The notes below the pieces were generated by a model. The model was not told the DNA's origin. It made no database searches and was given only the letters and a program-made list of their open reading frames with translations. A program made the position numbers and the translations under genes. 64,000 nucleotides of DNA from Acanthaster planci (Eukaryota), in contig NW_019091361.1 of the NCBI RefSeq assembly GCF_001949145.1, positions 2,527,825-2,591,824 of the forward strand. The letters are read 5' to 3'. Positions 51,419-63,950 of this stretch are shown here, piece after piece; the stretch's first letter is position 1; every line of letters starts with the position of its first letter.

Positions 51419-54400
51419 CAGCGCTGAAAAGGGTGGGGGGGCCAACTTGGATGGCATCGAGAAACTCCACATTTGCAGAAGGCGATCTTTACAGTCGGCA
51501 ACTGGCCGGTGATTGCCTGAAGGCAAGGCGGGCTTTGCAGACAAGTTACGTCACGTTTTCACAAAGGTGGACTCTGCTGGGTTATCCAGTCTGCTGCCGC
51601 AGACGGTGCACTGCACTGAGTTGTCAGACCAAAACCTGACTGCCCAACCCTACAAGCAGTGACAAGATGAAAACCAGTAGGCTGTACTTGTAATGTTCTT
51701 AGTTATGATGTAAAATGTGTTGGGATTGCAGACTGATACATGGAAAATGATGCTACTCAGAGTTACCAATAGATCGTTGAGGGCCCTTCAGATATTGGGT
51801 AGAAGTAGGCGTGTCTAAATGAGACCATATCCCTCAGACCTTAGCCATGCTCAGCGATACCAGATTTTGTGTATTTATATTTGCATCTTGACGGAATTAC
51901 ATTATAAGAGTGTGGAAGGTAATGCCTGTTACTCACACGATGGCTTCAACTATGTGTTCTTGCCATTTTGTGGGAAGTAATCTCCAAGTTTAAGGTAGTC
52001 ATGCTAGGTTCAGTTTGCTGCTTGTGTAGAGAATGAACTTCCATAGGAGTATTTAGTTAAGTCTCCTTGTTTTTACGGCTTAAATTATATTTGAGAGAAA
52101 CAAAGCATAAACTGATCTTATAATTTTGCATTGCCAGTTCCTAACAGTGCTTACTGCACTTTTTCATTCTTGGCTTTTTTCCGCTTTTTTAAATTCTGTG
52201 TCTCATTTGTTAAAAAAAAAAAAAACAGGCTGTTTGTAATTACTACATGTATATAGATTTGTGTATTGAAGAGAGCAGGCCAGGACAGAAATAGGGTAGG
52301 GAACGAGATTGGGGCAAAGTACGATCACCAAGATTGTCCTGGAGTTTGGCCCGGTCAAGGCAGCGTTGGTCTTGTGTTTTGACCGGGCCATGCACGAGCC
52401 CGCCTCACCAGTGATTAACCTTGCGGAGGCTTTGCTGTTTTTGTCTATGCAATAGTGTTACGGTGGTCCGCGTCCAGCCAGTTTGCAGTGTACCAAAGAT
52501 GTAAATTGTGTAATGATAGTCACGAGGCAGGACGAAATACGATAATCAAATTATCGAGTAGTGGGAAGGACGCAGCGCTCTGATGGGCAAATGGGTGGAC
52601 GAAATTGAGGGGGGTTTGTCTTTTTGGGTGGTTTTTTTTTTGTTTTGTTTTGTTGTGTGTAGGTTCAGGAATAAATTTCAAAGCCATTTTTGTGTGGAAT
52701 CTACTGAAAAGTTTAAAAATGTACATAGTATACAAAATGTTAATGATGGTAGTCATATTAGCTGTTTCTTGTAAATGAACTATAGCAGTTTAAGGTTGAA
52801 AACCACCGGAATGTACAAATTAAAACTACCATTTAAAAAAAAAAAGAAGAGATTATGTTAGGAATACTGAGACTTTGTTGGAAACTGTGGTCCCATCCAT
52901 GTCATTAAATGGCTGTATTCTGTAGTTGATCGTTCTTGGGGAAAAAAAAAACAAACAACAAAATCATCAAAAAGAACTGAAACATGTGCATGTGAATAGC
53001 AAAGGTTAAAATGAATTGTTTTGTGTTAATGGCGATGTCCCACGGCTAAGTATGTTGCACAAGTATTGCTTTGAAAATGTTGCAAAATGACATTCAGGAG
53101 AAGCTGGATATAGCACTGTGGATAATAACAATATATTTTATCTGTGAGGAAGTCTGTATTCACTTTACAGAACTGTTAATCTAGTTTTGCTCGGTCAGTT
53201 CTATTGCCCGCTGTCGCAGTTGATTAAATAACTAGTCTAAAGCTGTGTTGGTTCTGTTATGTGTACCAAAACACAAATTTAATATATTATACATCAGTCA
53301 TTGTTGATTTACTGATTTCTTGAACGAAAAAAGTGCTTGAAAGAACAGTATTTCACTTGTCACTCCATCGCAAAAAGGTGTGATGGCCGTCGCAGTTTGC
53401 TGATCATGTGATTATGTGTTGAAATTCTTGTTTCCTAAAAAAAAAAAAAGGCTGTACAGAATTATCGGTGTGGTGTATTCACTAGGCTGATTTGGGCAGT
53501 TCAGTGACTGACTTGTCAGGACTCTGGGCGGGGGAGGGGGTTAGCCCCACGTAGGACTTATTTCAGTCCTTGTACTGGATGATTTTTCTTCTCGAGTGTT
53601 GTAGAAGAGCTATACTTCTGGCACGTTCGTTTTAGTCAGCTTCTTTTTGCAGGAAATGAGGAACAGTTTTTCATAGACATTGCTCGGAAATCTGAATCTT
53701 TTGAGAAGTTAAAAAAGTGCACGTTTGTCCTCTTGTGAAGGATTTATTCCCACCGCTCTGTACTAAATTTAATGGATAGACTATCCCTCGCGGTAAATCG
53801 ACCTACCTAGATGCAGTTGCTAATCTGGAACCTTGGGGTGTTTTGTTAATTTTTTTTTAATCGCTGTTTTTCTTTATGGGGGGGTGGTCGATTTTGGTTT
53901 TGATTAAGGTGCAATTTGTACAGCTTTTTAAATGGTGTTACGATGCAGAGTTACAGACACAACTTACCATTTATTTCCCCCTTGATTTGTAATTGTCACC
54001 CACACTGTCAGATGATGATAAAAGCTTTGTCGGTGGTAGCGAAAAAAACACCATTCCAAGACTCATACACGATATGGAATACACACTGTTACCCCCGCAG
54101 CCATCAGAAGGTGGCAAGAACTGATTTGTGTACACCACTTTTTTCCCCAAGACTTCAAGTTTTCAGCCACTGGGTTTATTTCACGAAAGAACTTGAAGGA
54201 AAGAACCTGCTTGTCAGATTGCAAGAGCAATCAGATGAGCAGCTCTTGTAGTCATGTTAAAGGTTTTAGCTCTGGTTTCAAACTCTGGGATGTGCCTCAT
54301 AAAGGAAGCAATTTCTAATATTTCGAGATGCTGAATGTTTTGAGATCGCCTGTTTTTAATTTCTATTTATGTATTCATTTTAAAAGTATTTTGAAAGGGG

Positions 54401-55450
54401 GCACCTGGCAGGGTAAGCATTTTACCACGGTAAAGAACCGTAATCGTGTTTGAAGAAGAATTTAACGAAAGTGTTACAGATTGTCAAATACTAACCCTTC
54501 AATATATTTTGATTGATGTAAATGCTAAAACCTTCCAGTCATTACACTAGAATTTTTATTTTCCAATCACGTCGGTGTCATGTACATTATGATTGAGAGA
54601 CAGCCCACGTTTTCAATTTTCCGACACAGCTGAATATTTTTGGACTTTTTTTCCTTAATGAATAATAGGATTAAAATGTTGTTCCACCGTCTCACAAGGA
54701 TTTGAAGAGGATTTTATGAACTTTTAACGAAAATGCTTGTAAAAAATCTTTGTTGTTTGTCTGTTTCGATAACCAGTACTGATCAATGCGGTTGTTGCAC
54801 TTCTGAATTCGTTCTCCCTTTTAAAGTAAAAGCGTTTTACTGTGTGAAGGGAAGAAATATTGCTTTAATACTTTGCACTGCTAAAAAAAATCTACCCCGC
54901 TCTTTCTAACACTGCTGAAAGGAGTTGTCACTTGGTTTCGTTTGCTTTCAAATTCCAAACAAGAGAATGTACTTTTACTGCAAAAGGTGGTCTTCTTTTC
55001 TGTAGAGAAAATTTATCAGTATAAACCACACCGTACCGTATCGTTTTTGTTTTTCAAGTGTTTATATGTTCACCAAAAAAGCATATTTCTTTTTCTAAGT
55101 TACTTACAAACTTGCTGAACGTTGTATTGCATCGATGAGGTTATCCAAACACCCATGCCCGTATATAGGGATGTAAGTCCTCTGACATGCTCTCCTCAAC
55201 TTTAAGACAACACATTGACAGTACTGCTGTGTGTCAACTGTTCTCGCAACCTGCAGAGATTTCGGACAGAAAATGCCAGAGCCATCTTACATCCCTACAT
55301 AATATGCGGAGAGGAGCGGCTTGTCGATTCACTTTTTGTTAGGCTTTGCCAAAAGTACATCCCGATTTGTACGTATTGTAAAATTTTGAGAAGAAAATGG
55401 CAAGGATAAAAACTGTCATATAATACCAAAGTTATTGTTTTCATCTGTCT
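51419..55450 (+). other. Probable long ASH1L 3' UTR (end uncertain)
   Basis: A/U-rich with many homopolymer tracts and no exon-like ORF. AATAAA at 52670-52675; another at 56373-56378. The end coordinate is a guess. Confidence 0.45.
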
Positions 55451-56344
55451 TTATTATACATGTAAAGCGCTTTCCCATATTTGCCCTCCTTGTTTTTTTT
55501 ATTTTTTTTTTGTTTTGTTAGGGGGCTACAATACCTGTAATTCTTAAAGCTGTTTTGTTAAAGATAATCTGCATTTCTCTGCATTTTGTAGCCAATGCTG
55601 GCGTCATACTGTCACCTTGACCAGAAAAAAAAAGACTCGTCCTGAACGAAATTGAAATGAAAGCCATTTTGTGCTTTTCAGTGCTTTCCGGCTGAAACCG
55701 TTGGAACTTGTCGGTAAACCTCGATGGAAATCAACGACTGAATTCAAAATATGATTTGGGAGTTTTCAACTTATACTTGCATTGGCTTATGGGGATGGGG
55801 CCACATGGTGACCGACCACCCCCAGCCATCTACACTGTTGACATCGCAACATTGCATTTCAATTTGCAAGCCCAGTTAAGGAGGCGCAGACAGCATCGCC
55901 GAATAGTCCCCAGTGATTGCATTCATTCCGAAACACTGTTGCCGTTGACAGACACATGGATGTCTATTAATCAGCAAAGTTTGAAAATGATCCAACCTTG
56001 CTGGCTGTCTGCGCCGAGTTGCCACGGTGGGTCCTTATTTCGCGCTGGCATGAAGGGTATGACGATGTCTCGCTGAGTACAACGTATTTTGTCATTTTTT
56101 TCTCTAAATAGGACTGAATGTCTTATACCTCATTACGTAGGCAAAGGTCGAATCGACATGTGTTGAGGGGCGGGATCATGCCCTCACAGCATTTAAACAG
56201 CACTTGTGTTTTGGGCTTATTTATTTTGGCTGCAATTTATCTTCGAAAACTGAGATGGCACGAGACGTCCATCCAGGAAGCGAAACCCGTTTATCATAGC
56301 GATCACCTGTAATTGACGCGTGCGCAAACTGCCACCAGCTCGCA

Positions 56345-56400
56345 ACAACCAATCAGTGCTCTTTGGACTGTGAATAAATGCCTGGTTAATATTATAAATG
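56345..56400 (+). promoter_or_regulatory. Candidate core promoter of the GRAM gene
   Basis: CCAAT (aaccaatcag) at 56349-56353 and TATAAA at 56393-56398, about 180-230 bp upstream of the tentative ATG. Confidence 0.3.
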
Positions 56401-56579
56401 ATTACATTATTTTGAGGAAACCGTGGCCATATTTAGAACGTGGACATTGGACGTGCAAATAAATTTTCTTTACAGTCGATGCTCGACACTAAACGCCTGT
56501 GGTTGAGTTTATACTCGCGTAGCGAAAGAGAACTGTTGCAATATCGACTGAATCTGTCACCGCGGAGAGTCTCTTTGAA

Positions 56580-56599
56580 ATGGAGGAAACAGTGAAAGA
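56580..56599 (+). CDS. Tentative first coding exon of the GRAM gene (MEETVK)
   Basis: gaaATGg context; gtacgt donor at 56600 in phase 2, matching the 58940 acceptor. Confidence 0.45.
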
Positions 56600-59500
56600 G
56601 TACGTATAGAATCTCAGCTGTCAGAGTTTGGTTACAGGATTCTTGAGTTTTGGAGGATTTTTCTATGGCTAGCAAGTCACAATGTACGGTTTGGTGTTGG
56701 TTTACGCTTTTGCTTTGAAATCCTGTGCTGCACGTACCTCAACGTTTGGATAAAACCGCTACTGTTGCCACTTTGTGCTATTTATACAATTGGGTTCGAT
56801 TCAGTTTCATGTACATTGTGTCGTTTCTGCTCAACTTGAACTCGGCATGTTAAAGTGGAAAGATCAAGGGCGAATCTAGAGCTGGATTTTCAGGGGCCCC
56901 CAAAACTGAATTTTTCATGTAAACTGTTATGGTCTGTCTGAGGCGTGAGGCACGATACCAGACTAAGTGGCGCTTTCCCCACCTCACCCCTATTGTTTTC
57001 ACCCAAACAATAACAGATCTACATCTTTACCTGCCCTGCTGGCCCCAAGCCCGAGACAGCATCAGCACTGCCAAAAGCCTCGGATGCATCAGATCCCCTC
57101 GCCCATTGCCGCCTTTAAGTGAAGTTAAAATGTTTTTACATCTCTTTTATATGCCGGTATGTATAATCAGAATCATTCAAAGGTGCCCTTTGTATCTGTT
57201 TGCGTGTATTCAGAACGCACCCCCACGATGCTGTGGCATCAGATCCCGTTCATCTCAGACCACGCTCCAGGTCGGCATTCGCCATTGGTGGTGTGAGATC
57301 ATTGTCCCAATCAGAAGAGGGGTAAGTCATAATGACAGGTATCCACCCTGAGCAGAAGCACCCCCTCATCGGTTGTAAAGAGACATGTTGGTCGGGAGTG
57401 CTCATTTTGTTTGTAGCGTGCGACTGCAACGCTTGCTTTTCATAGTCACTCGTGAACCAGCGACGCACAGTTACTACCAGAGAAGCGCACTCTTTGTCTG
57501 GCTTGGAGCCCATAGCCGAAAAAGCTTCAAGGAAGGAATAACATGCCGAACGTAGCCCATGAACGCATTTGTTATACAGGACAGGAGAGTGTGACGCATG
57601 TAAATGGAACCGAGGCAGTGGCGAAACAATAGTTTTCAAGGGGAACCACACCGAGGATGAACCGGTTATAGGCCTATGCACTGAGTTTGGTCATATCATA
57701 TCCGGGGAGGGGGGTTAAATGGGGCATAGTCCTAAAATGTTGAAATTGCAGAGATTTGTATGTTTCGGAATACAGTATTGTACAGCTGACTTGGGTCGTA
57801 TAGAGTCAAACGCTTGTCTTCAATCGGTTCATCCGTATTTTCAGAGTGGAAGGAGGAAGTCCGGTAAAACCGCGTCTGCACAACCGGTGGTCCTACGAGG
57901 GAATTCGACGTGTGTCGTTTTCGTCAGACAATGCGTAAGAGTGCAACATGCCACTTTGCCGTGGTTTTTGAGTAAACAATGTTCGTTACAATCCATTCTA
58001 TACGTGGCTAGCATTATTTGGGTCTTCAGTCAAAAAAAGAAGCTCTGTTAAATTTATGGAACCATGAAAACAGGGGTTTGCTTTTATACTGCTCGTCAGA
58101 CGAAGGGCACGTTTTTAAGTGATCACTACTTGTCTTCTGTACAAAAGTTTTTACTGAATATTGTAAGCTGTATCTGGATGAGTTTTTGTATGACAAGAAC
58201 TTCTATTTATTTACACAGACGTCTGAGAAATGAATAATACTTTCAGAACTTATCTGAACTGTATCTATTCGCAGTAGGTATTCCTAACAGACTGCTGCTT
58301 TGTGAATAGCGCATCAGTGGGCTGAAGGCGTATATCATGTTCGCTCAGGGTATCTTGGTCACAGTCCGTATTTCTTATCTCCCATGAGTCCAATCGTATC
58401 TCTCACAAAGCAACACAAAGTTAACAAACATTAGTAACTTTGGCCGTGTCCATGGTCTTTCAATTTCCTAATCAGCTGTTAATATTCAACCATAGGCCTA
58501 TTTGCGGTGTCATGAACACTGATCGCCTTTGTACGCATTTGACATTTCTTTTCAAATATCGATGAACACCTTTTTTCGATACTCATAAATATGAATGTGA
58601 TACAAGACAGTTGACTGTTCTCTGTGAAGTTACGGACGTGGTTCTGTCTTTTTGTTTGGATTCAATGAAAAGAAATAGGTCTGGAATATAGCATGCATCG
58701 TCCACACCTTTGCTCAAAGGTTCTTGAACTCTCCTTGAGAAGAAACAAAATCTCGGGTTATGCGTTGCAGCCGAGGGCAAGATTAAGTGAAGTATAGTTT
58801 TGAAGGCCCTCGAACTTTGCCTTCGTGTAGCCCCTCCCCCTTTTATATTTTGGAGGCCCTGTATATGTGCCTACTGTGCCTGGCCCTCGTCGGAGCAATC
58901 TGTCGACTCTGATCAGGGCAATTTGTGATGTTGTTGAAGGTTGGAGGAGACTGACATCCAAGTGGTGGGAAGCCCGACGAGCCTGAAACCCTCGATACAG
59001 ATCACAGTGGCAGGAGGCGCTGATGGTAGCGACATCCTGGAAGCTGACGAAGCGCCGTCATCGCCTCAACTGACAGATAAGAAAGACAGCCTGAGGTTAC
59101 GAACCACAAGGTACTATGCGTTCAAACTGAAGCCTCCTTGATCGCTTGGTGGCAGCAGACAAATCGGTACCCCAAAAACAATATTCATGGTGTCTTGTAT
59201 GCTAGGCCTACTCCTCTGTACAAATCATGCTGACAATTCATCCTTGGCGCGAAAACTGGTCAGGAACAGAATTTCGCACGCGACGTTCACGCTGCGAATT
59301 CACGTTGCAAATTAAAAAAAAAAGGGCACATTTTCAACTTCAGTTTGAACTGGTTTATGAGAGGTGTGACCCGGAGGCAGTGAGGTGGCCCAAAAGTGGC
59401 TGTGTGCCCTTCTCATAATCTTTCTACTTGGTCAGCAAACTCTTCTTTGTAATATGAAAGAAGTGTTTCTTATGTATAAGTACATTCAAATCGAAGGACG

Positions 59501-62500
59501 ATCACACTCATTTAACTTACAATCAAACGGTGGACAACCTTTGCTGCAGTTCTTGTTTCTCATTGATTGGGTGTTTGTAGGCCCTATTTAATAATTAAGG
59601 TAATTTTAATGATTTGGTCATTGATAACATAAACCAAATGATAACTGAAAAGACTTATTTCATTCGCCCCATGAACCTTTTCAACTCGTTCTCTGTATCA
59701 TGAATGGTGTATTTAAACCGCATACAGTCCTCGTAATAAAACAGCATTACACCCTAACTGGACACTTTCACACCAACAACAGATCAAGATCATTGCCAAA
59801 AGTCATTGTGGGAGCATTCTCCAAGCTTGAGGTAAGTATTCTCCGGTCCATGTTTCAAAATTGTAGTATTTTATGCAAGTATTTGCGTTCCTGTTTCACG
59901 TTTTAGCCCAATTCTTAAAAGTCAGCAAACCAATTATGTATCCTTATTCACCTTGAGTAGAAGCACCCCCTCACCGGTTGAAAAGAGCAGCGTTGGTCGG
60001 GAGTGTTCAATTAGATAGAAGCGATCTCGCGGTAGGCATGACGTCACTGTGGTCTTTTAACACGCGAAAAGGGGCAAATTTAACCTTCGTTATATTCAGT
60101 GATGTACAGCAGATCCCGGATGTCCGATCGCGAGAATGCGACCATGACGCGTGCATTTCCTTGTCTGAACCAGAGAAGTTCAGTTCTGGCCAAAGGAGCC
60201 TCCCGTTGCTCAGAAAATATCGCCCTCTCTTGGCTCAGCTCGAGGCCCAATGAAAACGCCAGCATAGTTAGAAATGGTACCACCACTTTCTCTGGGGCCG
60301 GCGAGGATTCTTTCGCGTATAAAGGAAAATGGACCGTTGTTTGGGGAAAAAAATCCCCCTACCCCGACATAAGACCTGGGTATGCCGGCGCAACAAATTA
60401 ATGTAACAATATATACCATATTCCTTTGAAACTGGCAAACAAAACAACGATCAAGGTAATCCCTATACCCGGCCAACTCGCAGTCCTTACTTAATTGTTT
60501 AGTGAGAACCTAACTTAGTCATAAAATCCATACTAACAACACCCCAATAGCAATATTCATTAATTTGGTCACAGTTAATATCTACGTTTATGTGATTTCG
60601 AAGAGCCTTCCAATTTAGGCCTCTCTTTATTATTCACAGGAGAAAAGCCAAGGTAATCGTAACAGACAATATCACAAATTGTTTGAAGGCATCTCACCAA
60701 ACGAAAACCTGGTAAAATGTGAGTATTGTTTTCATGCTTTGCTATTTGCATTTTGTGTCATCAATTCTGTGAGTCGATACGTCTGACACGATAACAATTA
60801 TAACAGGCTGCAAGGTCCCTGAAATTGAATAAAATAACGATTTTACGAAAGCTGAGATTATCCTTCTGTTTCCCTGGCGTTGACGGAATCATCAAAAATG
60901 AAGTATATGTACTCGCAGATTATAAAATTTGATGTTAAACCATGAATATTAAAGAAGCGGAAACTAGGACGGTTATAGTTTCAGATAGGGTGAGGGCTAG
61001 GTAGGAAGGGGAGATCTGAAAATCAGAAATAGACGGAACCAAAAGCTGTAAAGGAAAAATAGGATTTTTTATTATTTTGTGTTGTTTCAGCTTACCCTTG
61101 TGCTTTAATGCGCGACATACTGATACAAGGCAGAATGTTCATATCTGCCAACTGGATCTGCTTCTACTCCAACATCTTGATAGGTCACGAGACCAAGGTA
61201 ATATCAACTGCCAAATGAAACATAATCGTAGATTTCTTACTCAAATGGAATCATATGGTAGAAATTGAAATCAACAGGAATGAAAAAAAATTGCAGTTTA
61301 AACTATTGGCAGGTAACAATTTACGGTATTTACGGTATGACAGAAAACGGCGATTTTCGATTTTCCTTTGCTTGCTTTGTTGGTTGGTACTTCTATATTA
61401 TTCATTTTTGTGTGTTACAGAAACGGGAAACGGCCCTGGAAACCGTTAACAATATAGATGAAGTCTAAGCCAACGGTCACAAATGAAAGTTTCAAGGATC
61501 CTCCTTGAAAACTAATTTAGTCACAAAGTCTTTTTGGTTTGACAACACAGATTGCTATTCCGGTGGATACAATCCGCGCCATTTTCAAAATGAAGTACAC
61601 TTTCCTGGTTCCTAGTGCGATAAGCATCCACACACATACGAACAAGGTACAGTCTCTTAATCGTCACGGTGCCTTATGGAGGATGGTGCAGTACAAGTAA
61701 CAGTGTGCACTAGTGGTTTAGGGAAGCAAATTGATCAAACTCAAGTTGTCCATCAATTGAACTCAAGTTGGTTAAGGTTGGACTAATTATTGAAGCTGTT
61801 TGTTTATCAAAGTGGAAACTTATAAGCAGAAAATTCTGGGATTTTTATCCTCTTTATTGGGATAAACTGGGAAATTACAAAAGCGCTAAATATCTACAAG
61901 TTCTTCATAGATTATCTAAAAAGGAAACACAGAAAACAAGAAATCAAAACAACTCTGACAAAGATGTGGATAAGAAGAATTGAACTAGATTGATCGAACG
62001 ACGATTGACCACTCATGCCGTCGTGCATGTAAAGGCTTCACTATTCAATCTTTTTTCGCAGCATGTCTTCGGTTCTCTCCTGTCTCGTCGAGCTACGTAC
62101 AAGAAATTAATGCAAATTTGGGACGGCAAATCCAATGATGATGATGAGGTAAAGCTACACGAATTGACTGCTTAAAATGTCCTTGAGATAAGATATGTTC
62201 ACCACAAGCAATGAATCTACGCTGCATCCACATCATATGACTTCTTATTGCCACTCTTGGAGTGTTTTATTGATGCAAAGTCTTACATTATGAGGAAAAT
62301 AGTGGCATGTCCTCCCATAGGAATGATACCTTCAGTTTAAGCCAATTGTTATGAAGATCGCCACATAAAGGTCTGGTGTAGGATATTAATATTATTGGAC
62401 ATAGTGACTGTCATTTGCGATTTCGCCGCGATAACATGGACCCTCACTGAGGTGCTTGCCTGAACGTAAAGATAGTATAGATACCCCTGATCAAATTATA

Positions 62501-63950
62501 AGGAGGGATGGATTTACAAAGGAGTAAAATGATATGTTCATATCCATTTCCATTTGACAATGACGTTGCCAGTATAGCTTATAACTGGGAGCGGGGAGAC
62601 GGGCAGAGTGTTAAATTGCAACGGGCTGGAGATTTTTAAAGCAAAAGTTGGATACCGATAGAATTCAAATCTGCACGACTAAACAGGATGAAAGTTGTAT
62701 TAAACAAATGGCAAACAAAACTCTTGTTCCACTCCCGGATGCTTCTGTTATTGATTTGATTGAATTTTGATCTCTACACAGGAAAAATCAACTGTCAGCC
62801 ACGATGGGTCCTACTACGCCGACGGTCCCGAAACATCTGTCACCGAGAACCAACCCTCGGATGTAAATAATAATTACTCCATAGCATTGACATTCGCTCG
62901 CAATTAGAGTTATGATTTGTCTGATGCTCACATTTTTAGACTCCGTCTTAATTTTGAAAACGAAATGTTTTCGTATACGCATACATGAAGTGAAGATTAT
63001 TGTCTGATCTCATAAGTGAATCATACAGTTGCTTCTTAGTTACATTTTGATGAGACTTTTTAAAATGAAAATACACAATTTTTCGTGATAGGATAGCGAT
63101 GATAATTCACGACGATCGTATCGACTCAGATCTGGATCCCGTAAGAAGAATTCTCGACGAGAATACCGTGTCCCAGAAGACCAAGAACGAGTTGAACAGA
63201 AAACGGCCACTGGTGGTAAGAGTGCTATATACATGTATGTACTATCGTGCCACATCCAACCAAGGGCCATTAGCACTGCCATCGCGCGATCATATTGCCA
63301 CCAGGCCACCAACCAAACACCCCACACCAAAAAAGTCCCTATAGTAATGATCTCAGACAAAGACGTTATATCGAACAGGAAATCCGTATCCATCCTGGAA
63401 AGTTCATTTTCAGTACAAGATAAGAATTTCGAGTTGTGGAGTTACTCCCGTCTCGTGATTTGCAAAACAATTCCCAACTCTCTGAACAAAAAATGGGTCA
63501 AAAGGAAGTAATGTCAAATATTGCGAGAATGGCGTTGTATTGACTGATTCATTGCGCTGACAATAGTAGATTGTGTTGCTAATGAAATCAAATAGAGTAC
63601 CGAAGTGAATACGTCACGTGCACAATTAGTGTAAAAGGCATTAACGCGAGAACCAGCGCGTGAACCAACACGCGCGCGTACTCCATTCGTTTGCACTGCA
63701 CTTTCTGGTTCACAGTGACGTCACACTTCGGTATTCCATACCATCGGCAAATAATCACTGAGCTAGAATTCTGTTCTAATTTAACAGCTGTCTTCATTAA
63801 TTTAATACCTTGAAGCTCACGAAGAACGAGCTGCGTGTAATTTTGTTCCTTTTAAGGGCGGCTAAGTCCATCGACGTTTATGACAAGGGTGAAATACGTG
63901 GCAGCATCTGTCCGGGCCAAGCATCTCGTGTTGCCCCTAGCTATATTGGT
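56580..63950 (+). CDS. GRAM domain-containing protein, GRAMD2A/2B-like; multi-exon, runs off the window end
   Basis: Joined exons: 56580-56599 (tentative), 58940-59110, 59783-59831, 60640-60718, 61091-61197, 61551-61646, 62062-62148, 62782-62862, 63092-63215, 63857-63950; phases are consistent. Core translation RNRQYHKLFEGISPNENLVKSYPCALMRDILIQGRMFISANWICFYSNILIGHETKIAIPVDTIRAIFKMKYTFLVPSAISIHTHTNKHVFGSLLSRRATYKKLMQIW is a PH-GRAM domain. Confidence 0.88.
57344..58352. mobile_element. Putative 1-kb non-autonomous TIR element; its left end recurs at 59949-60009
   Basis: ACCCTGAGCAGAA (57345) versus TTCGCTCAGGGT (58340-58351); TC flanks both sides. The first ~60 bp are strongly similar to 59949-60009. 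Confidence 0.42.
58940..59110 (+). CDS. GRAM gene exon, acidic/Ser-rich N-terminal region
   Basis: ttgaag acceptor, gtacta donor; overlaps ORF 58941-59141. Confidence 0.7.
59783..59831 (+). CDS. GRAM gene exon (SRSLPKVIVGAFSKLE)
   Basis: caacag acceptor, gtaagt donor; phase 2/0. Confidence 0.7.
60640..60718 (+). CDS. GRAM domain start (RNRQYHKLFEGISPNENLVK)
   Basis: tcacag acceptor, gtgagt donor; matches the N..(F/Y)HKLF..I...E.L motif. Confidence 0.88.
61091..61197 (+). CDS. GRAM domain core (YPCALMRDILIQGRMFISANWICFYSNI)
   Basis: tttcag acceptor, gtaata donor; hallmark CAL.RDIL.QGR..IS.NWICFYSNI. Confidence 0.93.
61551..61646 (+). CDS. GRAM domain (IAIPVDTIRAIFKMKYTFLVPSAISI)
   Basis: acacag acceptor, gtacag donor; phase 0/0. 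Confidence 0.9.
62062..62148 (+). CDS. PH-GRAM C-terminal helix (HVFGSLLSRRATYKKLMQIW)
   Basis: tcgcag acceptor, gtaaag donor; F.SLLSR..TY motif as in GRAMD2 proteins. Confidence 0.9.
62782..62862 (+). CDS. GRAM gene linker exon
   Basis: acacag acceptor, gtaaat donor; in frame, phase 0/0. Confidence 0.68.
63092..63215 (+). CDS. GRAM gene Arg/Ser-rich linker exon
   Basis: tgatag acceptor, gtaaga donor; phase 0/1. Confidence 0.68.
63592..63739. mobile_element. MITE-like element related to the one at 1322-1521
   Basis: Left ATAGAGTACCGAAGTG versus right reverse complement ATGGAATACCGAAGTG (14/16), both followed by ACGTCAC. Confidence 0.6.
63857..63950 (+). CDS. GRAM gene exon entering a putative transmembrane segment (HLVLPLAILV...)
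   Basis: tttaag acceptor, gtaagt donor; hydrophobic end. Confidence 0.7.

Noticed and set aside
60640..60652. 13-nt microexon using the gtaatc donor at 60653
   Set aside because: It would need an intron of about 36 nt; reading through gives the conserved GRAM start RNRQYHKLF.
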